Source: a virus
Length of the DNA: 64,000 nt
IMG/VR virus record: IMGVR_UViG_3300044609_000960
Coordinates: 32,001 to 96,000 of that record
Reading direction: 5' to 3' (one strand)
Shown piece after piece: positions 26,537 through 36,900 of the stretch. Under the pieces are notes generated by a model. The model saw nothing but the letters and a program-made list of their open reading frames with translations, was not told the DNA's origin and did not search any database. A program made the position numbers and the translations under genes. The first letter of the stretch is position 1. Each line of letters begins with the position of its first letter.

Positions 26537-26965
26537 ATGCTAAATTATAAGCCCGTAGCACAATCACAATTTTGGATTCAGGCTTCTCCCTTTGCCCATT
26601 ATTTCACAAACTTTAGTGGCATTAGAGACACTGCCGGAACATCTCAATATGCAGATGGAGTCAGAGGTCGTATCTTCAATCTCCGTGGCCCCCGTACCCT
26701 CTCAGAAGTAACCCTCTCAGTTCCATTTGATCCTGAGAAGCACGCTGATATCGTTGACTTTTGGAAGGCCTATGGTTGTGAGTTTGTAACCCTCACCATC
26801 ACTCCAGTAACCTGTGGTGAAGATCCTCAGCCTCTCGGCCAACGTACAATCACAATTCCTGATGCCCAGATGACAAGCCTCAACTTCGGCGCTGCTGATC
26901 GTACTTCATCCAACCCAGCCACCATCGAACTTACGTTCGTGATGGACACATTTACCTACAACTGA
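26537..26965 (+). CDS. tail tube protein (T4 gp19-like fold)
   Basis: 142 aa; FTNFSGI...YADG...LRGPRTLSEVTL...DRTSSNPATIELTF pattern; biased codons. Confidence 0.7.
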   Translation: MLNYKPVAQSQFWIQASPFAHYFTNFSGIRDTAGTSQYADGVRGRIFNLRGPRTLSEVTLSVPFDPEKHADIVDFWKAYGCEFVTLTITPVTCGEDPQPLGQRTITIPDAQMTSLNFGAADRTSSNPATIELTFVMDTFTYN

Positions 26966-26988
26966 TTCTTACTAGAGGAGGTTGAAGT

Positions 26989-28062
26989 ATGTCTCTCTCC
27001 AACCTCTATTTTAGAGGGTGTTTTGAGCAACCCTCTCAAGAGCAGATTAACGCGGTTGAAGGGATACCCGGTGGTGGGGTGGAAGGGAGCGTTGTCGATA
27101 AATCTTGTGCCCGTACAGATTTAAATACTTGCGGGAAAACTATTCAAGAACTTTTTGAAGAATATCAGATATATTCTACACAAAAGGGACTATATAAAAC
27201 TTGGGGGGAGATCGAGTTTCCTTGGGAAATCTCTTCCCTTACTCCAGATTTATTTTTTGAACTTACAGACGATAAATGGGCTGTAAGTACATATAGAAGA
27301 ATTACTGCATATACTGAAGGCGCAAAAGTCCTGCTCATAGAAGATGATGGGTATGAGTTAGGATTATATGAAGCAAATCAAAATATACTCTCGATCTCTG
27401 GGCCATTTGACTATTCTAAGTGGGATAAAATTTGTAGTATAAAAACAACAATCCCAGTTGGCCTACCAACTCCAGAAGAACTCCGTGAGAGATACGCCGA
27501 ATACGCCTTGGAATATTTCTATGATGAGTGGGAGGAGATAGATAGCACATGGTCTGAGGGAACATATGAATTGGCATTACAAAATTGTCAGTCTCAAGGT
27601 GGAACTTTGGGAGATTTTGAGAAATGCATGAAAGATTCCAGTTCAGATGTATGGAAAAATGCCCGGGTTAGAAGGGAATTTTTCTATAAGCGAGGGGATA
27701 CTGTTAGAATAGAAGCAGAATGTGGTGACACAGTATGTATTTGGATCGCCATTCAAGATATGCCGGCCACTGAAGCAATATATGCTGAATATGCTAACTT
27801 CAAACCAGGGCCATATTGGCAAAAAATCTATTGCGTAAATACTAAAGCAAATAGATGTCTTGAGTATCAAAGACGTAAAGAACCGGCTCTTGGTTACGAT
27901 GTAGTTCAGATTGGGTCACTTGGGCATTATGTTGAGGTCCCGGTACCCTATAAATTAAAACCGATAATACCGGATCTTAATACAAGGGCTGAAATCCGTC
28001 CTGCTCCGGCAGTTTTAACACAAGAACAAATTGACGCTTTAGATCAACCAACGGAGGAATAA
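26989..28062 (+). CDS. Cys-rich virion protein with two CBM5/12-like motifs
   Basis: YTEGAKV...LYEA...WDKI and YKRGDTV...WIA...PYWQKI; GAGGAGG SD. Confidence 0.55.
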   Translation: MSLSNLYFRGCFEQPSQEQINAVEGIPGGGVEGSVVDKSCARTDLNTCGKTIQELFEEYQIYSTQKGLYKTWGEIEFPWEISSLTPDLFFELTDDKWAVSTYRRITAYTEGAKVLLIEDDGYELGLYEANQNILSISGPFDYSKWDKICSIKTTIPVGLPTPEELRERYAEYALEYFYDEWEEIDSTWSEGTYELALQNCQSQGGTLGDFEKCMKDSSSDVWKNARVRREFFYKRGDTVRIEAECGDTVCIWIAIQDMPATEAIYAEYANFKPGPYWQKIYCVNTKANRCLEYQRRKEPALGYDVVQIGSLGHYVEVPVPYKLKPIIPDLNTRAEIRPAPAVLTQEQIDALDQPTEE

Positions 28063-28068
28063 GACATA

Positions 28069-28896
28069 ATGGCAAATGTATTCGGCGGAGGTGGTAACTG
28101 TGGGACAGGGGGAGTTCAAAAAGTACTTCCTACGTCTCCCGATGTAACTCAATCTACACAGACATTCTCTACTCAACCAAATATCTATTCAAAACCCCAA
28201 TCAACTACTGAAAATATAGATCTTCGTGATTTTTATACAAAAGTAGAGATTAATAAGGTTCTTAAAACTAAGGCTAATATAGGTAGCGTGTATGATAAAG
28301 ATACAGTAGATTCACTTATTCAAACTCTCGAAGGGCAAATTAACTCTTCTACGGCGGGAATGGTTACCGATGCGGAGTTATCTCAGCAACTTCTTTCACT
28401 ATCTCAGACTCTATTAGGTGATATCCAAACTAATTATTATGGAAAGTCTGTATTATATACCAAATATGAAATAGATGAACTTATTGCCGAAGTAACTACA
28501 GACCCAGATGACTTTATTACTAAAGCACCGACATCTTTACTTCAAAATACAATAAATCCTTTAGCAAATGAAGCTATTCCTTTAACCCTTATTGCATCTT
28601 CATCTCCTGATGTAGATGTAGTTCAACAGTGGATAGATAACGAATCCAACTCGATTGGTCGGATTAGAACCTCTGGGCAGATTGAGTTCTATGGTAATCT
28701 ATTCTTAGGACAAAATATTGAGTCTTGGCGCCCTGCTCTTGACGTGAGCGAAAGGAGAATCGCGGGTGTAGCTGATCCAATTCATGTTTTGGATGCAGTA
28801 AATAAAGGCTTTATGGAAGACTATATTACGGAAGTTATTGATAATGTAGTCCAAGGAGATGATAAGAACTACATCATCGATGCATTAGTATACTAA
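28069..28896 (+). CDS. short fibre/collar protein
   Basis: Repeated YTKxEI(N/D) motifs; RIAGVADP...DAVNK neck motif. Confidence 0.55.
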   Translation: MANVFGGGGNCGTGGVQKVLPTSPDVTQSTQTFSTQPNIYSKPQSTTENIDLRDFYTKVEINKVLKTKANIGSVYDKDTVDSLIQTLEGQINSSTAGMVTDAELSQQLLSLSQTLLGDIQTNYYGKSVLYTKYEIDELIAEVTTDPDDFITKAPTSLLQNTINPLANEAIPLTLIASSSPDVDVVQQWIDNESNSIGRIRTSGQIEFYGNLFLGQNIESWRPALDVSERRIAGVADPIHVLDAVNKGFMEDYITEVIDNVVQGDDKNYIIDALVY

Positions 28897-28898
28897 TT

Positions 28899-30908
28899 AT
28901 GGCAGATCTTAGAGACAGAATTTATCACCGTCGTTCACCGGTAATTTCAAAACGTCCAGAATTAATTGATATCGATGATGGCGAGTTAGCCATTAATTAC
29001 AATGCAGATGAACCTGGTCTATATTTTAAAGATCTAGCAGGTGATGGCACAAGAAAAATCAGAAAGATTGGTCCGATTCATGTCGGTCCTACTCCTCCAA
29101 ATACCTATGCTGCTGCTCAAGGATACCCCACTGAACTTTCTAATGGAGAATGTTGGGTAGATACTAGTGGTGGTGAAGATTTTTATATATTAAAGGTATG
29201 GAATTCTAGTTCTTCTCAATGGATCGAGGCTTCTAGAATTTATGCACGTACCGATCTTAATCTTGATCAGTTTGTAGATGGGGAAGATGGGGATGATTTT
29301 ATCCACACTGATGAGATTCGTCTTAAGATTAACAATAAAACTGCTTTAGCTGGATTTTCCACTGCTGATGGTGATAAACTTATCATCAACGAGGATAACG
29401 AGTTTGCCAATGGAGTAGAGTTAAATGGAAAATCGTTTCTAATTACATCTGAAGAAGTAGAGACGATTAGTAATAATTTAGTTTTTAAGCCACATCAAGG
29501 ATATATTTTTACTACTGATAGCGTAGTAGGAACTTCTCAAACGGTATTTGAGTATTCTACTCACGGATTATTTAATGGTGAAAAAATATACGTATTTGGA
29601 ACATTAATTGATGGAATTACTCCTTCTCCGGTACCACAAGGGGAGTATTTTATTGCTGATTCAACTATTAACACATTCCGTCTAAAAACTATTAATGGAA
29701 ATTATGTTAATTCAACAGGAAATATCCATATATCATATTCTCCAGAGATCATTGTTGATAGAGACAGGAACGTAATCCAAGCCGGAAACTTCGGGATAAA
29801 AAGCGTTGATGATATTATTGAATATACTAATGGTTCGGGTCAGATTGCTGAAAAAACCTGGGATGTTTTCCATAACCCAACTAATGGAAATGTAAGAGTT
29901 TTTGCTAGAGTGGGTAATGAAGTAAATCAAATAGAGACATCATTACTCTCAATAGATGTTAAAAGCGCTGAACTTTCAGATACTATTTTAGCTGGGGACC
30001 CTGTATACTATTCTGGTCAAGATTTTGCTAATCGATTGGCAAAAGTTTCAAAAGCAAAGTCTTCAGATAATACAAAAATGCGGGCTATTGGCGTAGCTTT
30101 AAAAAACATATCCCCAGGATCCAGAGGTGTTGTTGTCCTTCTTGGTGAGGTAGGAGGGTTTAATACTTCTAATCTTCCCGGTGCATTACCAAATAACACT
30201 AGTAATCTTGGTAGAGTTGTTTATGTTGGGGAGAATGGGGGCCTAACATTCTCACAGCCTAATACGTCTATTGGAGACATATCACAACAGATAGGAATTT
30301 TAATTAGAGAAGATGCAACAGATGGGGCGATTATGGTCAACCACCCCAGTTCTTTTGTTTCTTTACCATCTCTACCTGAGAATTATATTTGGGCAGGAAT
30401 CACAAATGATATTGCAATTGCTCATTACCTACTACCAACTACGTTCCAAAGAACCTATGATAATTTAACTGATACATGGAAAATAGGACTTGCTGATAAT
30501 ATTGAATTTGGGGGATATAGATTCGCATCTGACGGAGAAAATTCTTCTAAAATTGAGACATTTGTAGATACAACTCAGGTCCCCTTTGATTCCTTTAGTC
30601 CATTTATTGTCGAGAAATTTTCTACCTCGTATCGTTCTGCGAAGTATATTGTTCAGGTATCTGGCTCTAGTGCAGATGGAACTGACTCTATGGTCTATCA
30701 AGTAGGTGAGATACTTATTGTCCATAATGAAACCAATGCTTTTGTAGTTGAATATGGTATGGTAAGTACATACCTCGATGAGAGACTGGGTCAATTTGAT
30801 GCGTATATAGATACTCAATCTTCAGAAGTGGTCCTTACATTCCAGAAATTTCCTCTTGTTGTCGATAATGTAGAGCTTAAGACAGTCCGTACCTCAATCT
30901 TAGTTTAA
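28899..30908 (+). CDS. tail fibre-related structural protein
   Basis: KRP...DGELAINYN...PGLYFKD N-terminus; DUF2190-like middle; YRSAKYIVQV...EILIVH...EYG C-terminus. Confidence 0.7.
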   Translation: MADLRDRIYHRRSPVISKRPELIDIDDGELAINYNADEPGLYFKDLAGDGTRKIRKIGPIHVGPTPPNTYAAAQGYPTELSNGECWVDTSGGEDFYILKVWNSSSSQWIEASRIYARTDLNLDQFVDGEDGDDFIHTDEIRLKINNKTALAGFSTADGDKLIINEDNEFANGVELNGKSFLITSEEVETISNNLVFKPHQGYIFTTDSVVGTSQTVFEYSTHGLFNGEKIYVFGTLIDGITPSPVPQGEYFIADSTINTFRLKTINGNYVNSTGNIHISYSPEIIVDRDRNVIQAGNFGIKSVDDIIEYTNGSGQIAEKTWDVFHNPTNGNVRVFARVGNEVNQIETSLLSIDVKSAELSDTILAGDPVYYSGQDFANRLAKVSKAKSSDNTKMRAIGVALKNISPGSRGVVVLLGEVGGFNTSNLPGALPNNTSNLGRVVYVGENGGLTFSQPNTSIGDISQQIGILIREDATDGAIMVNHPSSFVSLPSLPENYIWAGITNDIAIAHYLLPTTFQRTYDNLTDTWKIGLADNIEFGGYRFASDGENSSKIETFVDTTQVPFDSFSPFIVEKFSTSYRSAKYIVQVSGSSADGTDSMVYQVGEILIVHNETNAFVVEYGMVSTYLDERLGQFDAYIDTQSSEVVLTFQKFPLVVDNVELKTVRTSILV

Positions 30909-30910
30909 AG
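30903..30910 (+). promoter_or_regulatory. putative late promoter GTTTAAAG (2387-aa fibre)
   Basis: Overlaps upstream stop; 45 nt before ATG 30956. Confidence 0.6.
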
Positions 30911-30955
30911 CCATATATAGATTTCTATTATTGCTCGGGGGAGCTGTGAACCCGT

Positions 30956-33900
30956 ATGGCTACAAATCGTAGGTTTAATGTGCGTCATGGCCTGTCTGCT
31001 GGGACAGGTACTCTTTTAAAAGATGTAGTTACAAATAATGGTACTTTAGTAGATGTTGGAGAATTAAGTGGTTTAGATACCTCTTCGAGATCGACTATCG
31101 TCCAGGCTATAAATGAAGTAAATACTATTGCAACTGATACTTCACAAGCCCTTCAATCAGCCGGAGAACCTAACGGATTTGAGAATAGACTACATTCTGA
31201 GATTTCTTTTCAGAACTCAATTCGTACTTTTACGATTTCTCCAAACTCAACAGACGGACATACTTCCTATTATGTGTGGGCTGGGGGTGTTAGAAGGCAG
31301 ATCGTTAATAATTTAACAATTTCTCTACCCACCACTACTGGTCTTTATTACATATATTTCAATTCCTCTGGGAATTTAAGCCATAGGACTTCATACTTCG
31401 ATCTAAAGATTGATACTCCAGTAGCTTATATATATTGGAATGCTGTAACTGAAACTGCCGAATTATTCGGAGATCTCCGCCATGATGCTACTCTGGACTG
31501 GAGTACACAGAGATATCTCCATGATACTTTTGGCGTAGTAGTTTCTTCTGGATTTAATCTTCAAGGTTATACTCTTGAGGGTGATGGATCGCTAGATTCT
31601 CACGCCCAAGTTGGTCTTGCCAATGGCACGATTCATAATGCTGATATTGTTGTAACTGTAACTCATAGCGCAACTCCTGTCTTAGGTGATTTTGAACAGA
31701 AGTTAAGTTTCCCTGCTGAGATCCCAGTGATGTATCAGAGCGGAGCCACTGGTATATGGACAGTGGATGGAGCCACTACATATCCCATCAAGACATCTGG
31801 TACTACTATTCAGTATAATGTAAATAACGCCGGAGCATGGTCCACTCAACCACTTACCAGTGGGTACTATATGTCAACTTGGCTGCTAGTATCTACTAAT
31901 TTAGAGTATCCTATTCTCTCACTTCTGGGACAAAATCAATACGCAACTCAAGGTGAGGCCGAGGCATCAGACTTTGACGACCTAGACCTAACAAATATAC
32001 CTACTAAAGACCTAAAACCTATTTGGAAATTAGTATGGAGAAGTGATTCAACTTATCCTAACTCACCAAATGCTATATTAGTTAATGCTATAGACCTAAG
32101 GTCCACTGTAGGTAAGGGGGTAGGAGACCATGGTCTTCTCACAGGTACAGATGACGATGATCATCTACAATATTTACATGTCTCTAACTCAAGAAGTGGA
32201 ATCACAGCGAATATTTCAACTTCTGGCACATTACAAACTTCTAACACTACACAATCCTCCATTTCTACAGAAGGTGGGGCATATATTGCAGAAAAATTAG
32301 GCATAGGAGTTCTTCTACCATCTGTAGAACTAGAGGTAGATGGAGATGCAAAAATTGACTCCTTAGGGCTTCTTGGTAATAATTCCTACAGAACTTATAT
32401 CAACTCAGGTCAGTCTCTTACAAGTGATATCACTTATGACCTTCCATCTAACTACGGTGTTAATGGCCAGACTGTGGTCACTGATGGTAATGGCAATCTT
32501 ACTTGGGGATCTAGTTATTTTGCTGGTAGCACTTCTATCGTAGTATCTGCTGCTGATGGAAATGATAACAATGACGGAAGTTTACTCCCAGTTAGAACTA
32601 TTAAAAAAGCTTGTCAACTTGCAGCAAATAAAGCAAAACCGGTATGTATTTTTGTAAAAGCTGGTGATTATACTGAGCAAAATCCTATCATTGTTCCAGA
32701 TGACGTTTCAATTGTGGGGGATAGTTTACGATCTGTTATTATCCGCCCAGCTATTCCAAAGGCAGATATCCTTAGACTTAGGAATGGTTCTTATCTAACA
32801 GGTCTAACATTTAGAGACGCTCTAGATGAGGAAGGAGTACCCGACTTTACTTGGAGATACATCGTAGCATTTGATGATCCATTTGATACCTCTGTTTCTA
32901 GAGCAGGATACACTGGTCTTCCATCTACCAAACCTACAATCACAAGATCACCTTATATCCAAAACTGTTCCATTATTTCATTCTTGGGTGGTAGTGGAGT
33001 TATTGTCGATGGATCAAAGGTAGTCACTCCAAACATCCCAGATAATCCAGAAGAGGCAGAAAGACCCACCATTGGAGCAGTTCCAGAACAAGGTAAGTCT
33101 ATCGTTGCTAACGCATTTACAATGCTTTCTTTCGGAGGAACGGGATGGCGCGTTGTTAATGATGGTTATACCCAGGTGGTATCTTGCTTCCAAATCTTCT
33201 GTAAGAATGGTACATATTGCCAAGGTGGTGGTTATGCCTCTATCACTAACTCTGCGACAAACCACGGACTTTATGCTCTAAGATCACAAGGATACAGAGC
33301 AGAGTCATTTAACTTCGATAGGGGATATATTTCTGCTCTTTCGATCGTAGATAATAAACAAACCATGCAAGTTCTCGGTACAGGCCGAGAAGTAATCAAT
33401 CACTATATTCTAAAATTCTATAATACTGGAACAAATACCGAGATAACTTCACAATTCAAACAGACACCTATTGAAAAAGTATTTGATCCTAATATTGACG
33501 TAGATTATGCTACTAATGTTATTACGTATAACAACCATGGTTATATCAATCGTCAACAAGTAATCTATAGCGCTAATGGTGGCGCAGAAATTACCGGATT
33601 ATTCGATGAAACTGTTTATTACGTAAATGTAATTGATCCGAATACTTTCAAACTTTTTGACGACGAAGAATTATCCTCAGAGGTTGACCTCGAAACAGGG
33701 ACGTATACTCAAACTCATAAATTAATTACAAACCTTGAAGAGTTTTTTGTAGATGGAGTCATTGAGTATCATAACTTCTACCAAGAACTTACCCTTAGCG
33801 CTGGATCCTATACCTTCAATAAAGGTGAGATTGTAATTGGTACGTCTTTAACTACTACGTCATCGGGTACTGTTTGGAGTTGGAATTCATCTACAAATAA

Positions 33901-36900
33901 ACTTATTGTCTCTGTTAATAAGGTCTTAGTTGCTGGGCAACAAGTCCGCCAACAATTCACAAATGGAATGACCTTACAGGACCACTCTGTGACTCCTGTT
34001 ACTGCCACTGTTAATACAAACTTCCGTAGAGAAGATCTCTATACCTCATTATTTAAGACTAATTCAACAAGCCCAGGTAATTCAATCCAGAACTTTGAGA
34101 ATCTAGAGGGTAAGGACATTCACCTCCATCGCCCCTCGATTGTTAACTCATCTGCTCATACTTGGGAATATGCCGGATCTGGAATGGATTATAATGCTCT
34201 GCCTCAAAACGGAGCAAAAAGCATCCCAGCCTATGAACAATTCCAAAACCTTCCCGGTAGAGTCTATTCCTCTGGTACGAATGAACTCGGGGACTTTAAG
34301 ATCGGGGACTCGATTGTCGCTGAGAATAGAACCGGTAATATCTTCTTCAAGCAGACAGTAACAGTTGGTGAACTTTCCTCACTGAAACTGACCATCTCCG
34401 ATATCACCATTGAAGAGATTTCCACCGATGTTGGTCTTGGTGATAATGAGGTGGGTGGAGCATCTAATTCCAGGTTATCCACTCAGTTTGCAATTAGGGG
34501 TTTCTTAGATCAAAAACTAGGTTCTTTCCAAGGAAAAACCGTATCAACTAACTCTATTCCTGGTTCGGTTGTACAACTTAACTCCTCTGGTAAGATCAAC
34601 CTCGACCTTATTCCAGCTGTTAGAACTTTTAATACCTATAAGTTCGAAGGGCAAGATTCTAGACTCGAGGCTTATCTCGACGTGCCCCCAGTAGAGGTGT
34701 TGGCTGGTGATTTTGTTACTGAGAGTGTTAGTGGCAGCGATACTACCTATGTGCTCCAGAGTGATGACATATCTCAATATATTGTTATTGATCCTGCTGA
34801 GACTATTAATCTCACTGGTATTACTCAGATCCACGGTGTTATTTCTAATGCTGATGGTATCATCGATACAAGTTTTGGCACTAATGGTCTAGTTAGTGGA
34901 ATTGTTAATAATACTTCGATTACAAATGGTGGAAGTTTATATACCCCGTCCACCGGAACAGTTACTTACAAGAATATAACTCTTACAAATATAACTGTAG
35001 CTGGAACACCGTCAGGAGCAAAAGCTACCATCATTGTAACTGATGGAGTAGTGACCTTGGTAGATATGACCAGAGGCGGATCTGGTTACGCCGTTGGAGA
35101 CATTCTATCAGCAAACTCAGCGGATATTGGAGGCACAGGAGCTAACTTTAGACTTACTGTAACAGGTGTCGAAAGAAGACTTTATATTGATCTTGCTGGA
35201 GAGAAAAGAAAGTTTGTAGCTAATTCTGTTGCTCCAGACTTCATCTCTGACGCGGACTCTCCTTCTAAAACTCTAACAAATACCTATTCTTCTGTTACAA
35301 ATTTTAGCGCAGAAGCAACACCCACAGGCGCTATAGATGTAGCAAATGATCAATTTGTTATTACAAATCATGGATTCACAAATGGGGACCTGATTTTCTA
35401 TAGTTCTGGAGTTAATATCCCTGTCGGAGGGTTATTAAGTCAGACTTCCTATTATATCAAAGTCATAAATACTAATACGATAGAACTATTTACGAGTTAT
35501 GACTTAAATCCTTCTAATAAGGTTCAAATTTCGTCCACCTCAACCGGAACGCATTCCTTTACGGTATATGGAGTAAGCACAGATAAAGATACCATTTATC
35601 TTACCTCTCACGGATATACTACAGGAGATGCCGTAAGAATCACAGGAACTGGTTTACCGGCTGGCCTATTTAGTGGTAATTATTACTTTATTGGAAGTAT
35701 TACTACAAATACTTTTACCCTTCATGAATCTAAATCCGCGGCCCTTGACTCTATCAATGGTGTAACAAACTCTGAGGTAAATTTCACATCCCAAGGTACC
35801 AGTACAACAACTTTTAAATCCCTTGATGTAAGAATTATTGGGGCTCTTAATACTTCCTGCAAGGAGTCGGATAATTGGTCGTTCCTTTCTGGTGCAAATA
35901 TCGATGCTAGCAATATTGTCTCTGGTACTATTGCAACTACACGACTCGCCACTTCAGGCACAGCCAATACCGACACTTTCTTAAGAGGAGATCAAACATG
36001 GTCTTATGCTGTTCAGTCTGTCTATATCGACCCTAATAACTCAAATGGTCTTCAGCTCTCCAATGGTGGCACTCATCTCATTACAGGCGGAATTACAGCG
36101 TATCACGGAAACGTAAAGCTAGAGATCGATAATGTAAATGGCACTGAAACTCGTACTGCAGGTTTTACTAATATTGGTGTCGCTGCGTTTAACACTGAGC
36201 AGTTCAATGTCTCTGTTGTTGGTGATGTTTCTGTCAAGAACGGCGTTATTGATGCTGGTACATTAGACGGCCAAGATAGCACTTACTATCTCGATCCATC
36301 AAACCTAATTAGCGCTATTCCAGTCGATAGAGGTGGCACAGGTCATAGTTCATATACTAATGGCCAACTTCTAATTGGTAACTCTAATAACACGCTCACC
36401 AAGGCCACTCTAACTCCCACAACCGATCAAACCACAATTACCAACGGTTCTGGCTCGGTTACTTTGGGTCTTGCAACTAACGTTACTACGTCGAGATTCA
36501 CCTCGACAGTTGCCTCGGGCACATCGCCTCTTACGGTTACATCCAATACTTTATGCGCTAACCTTAACTCCGATCTACTTGATGGACAAGAAGGAACCTA
36601 TTATCTAAACTACTCCAACTTCACCAATACTCCAGACCTTACTAAGACCTTGACGATGAACACGTCTGGTATAGGATTGAGTGGAAGTGCTACCTATTCT
36701 GCCAATACAGCAAGTAATATCACCTTCACGGTGACGTCTAACGCTACTGCGGTGAACACGGCAAGCACAATCGTTTCTAGAGATGCTAGTGGGAATTTTA
36801 GTGCTGGGACAATTACAGCTAATCTAACAGGAACTGCTTCGTTAGTAGGGATTACTGATGATACATCAACTAACACTACGCATTACATCCACTTCGGTGA

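Noticed and set aside
11582-26965. Tailocin or extracellular contractile injection system
   Set aside because: A complete head module and phage early-type genes are present.
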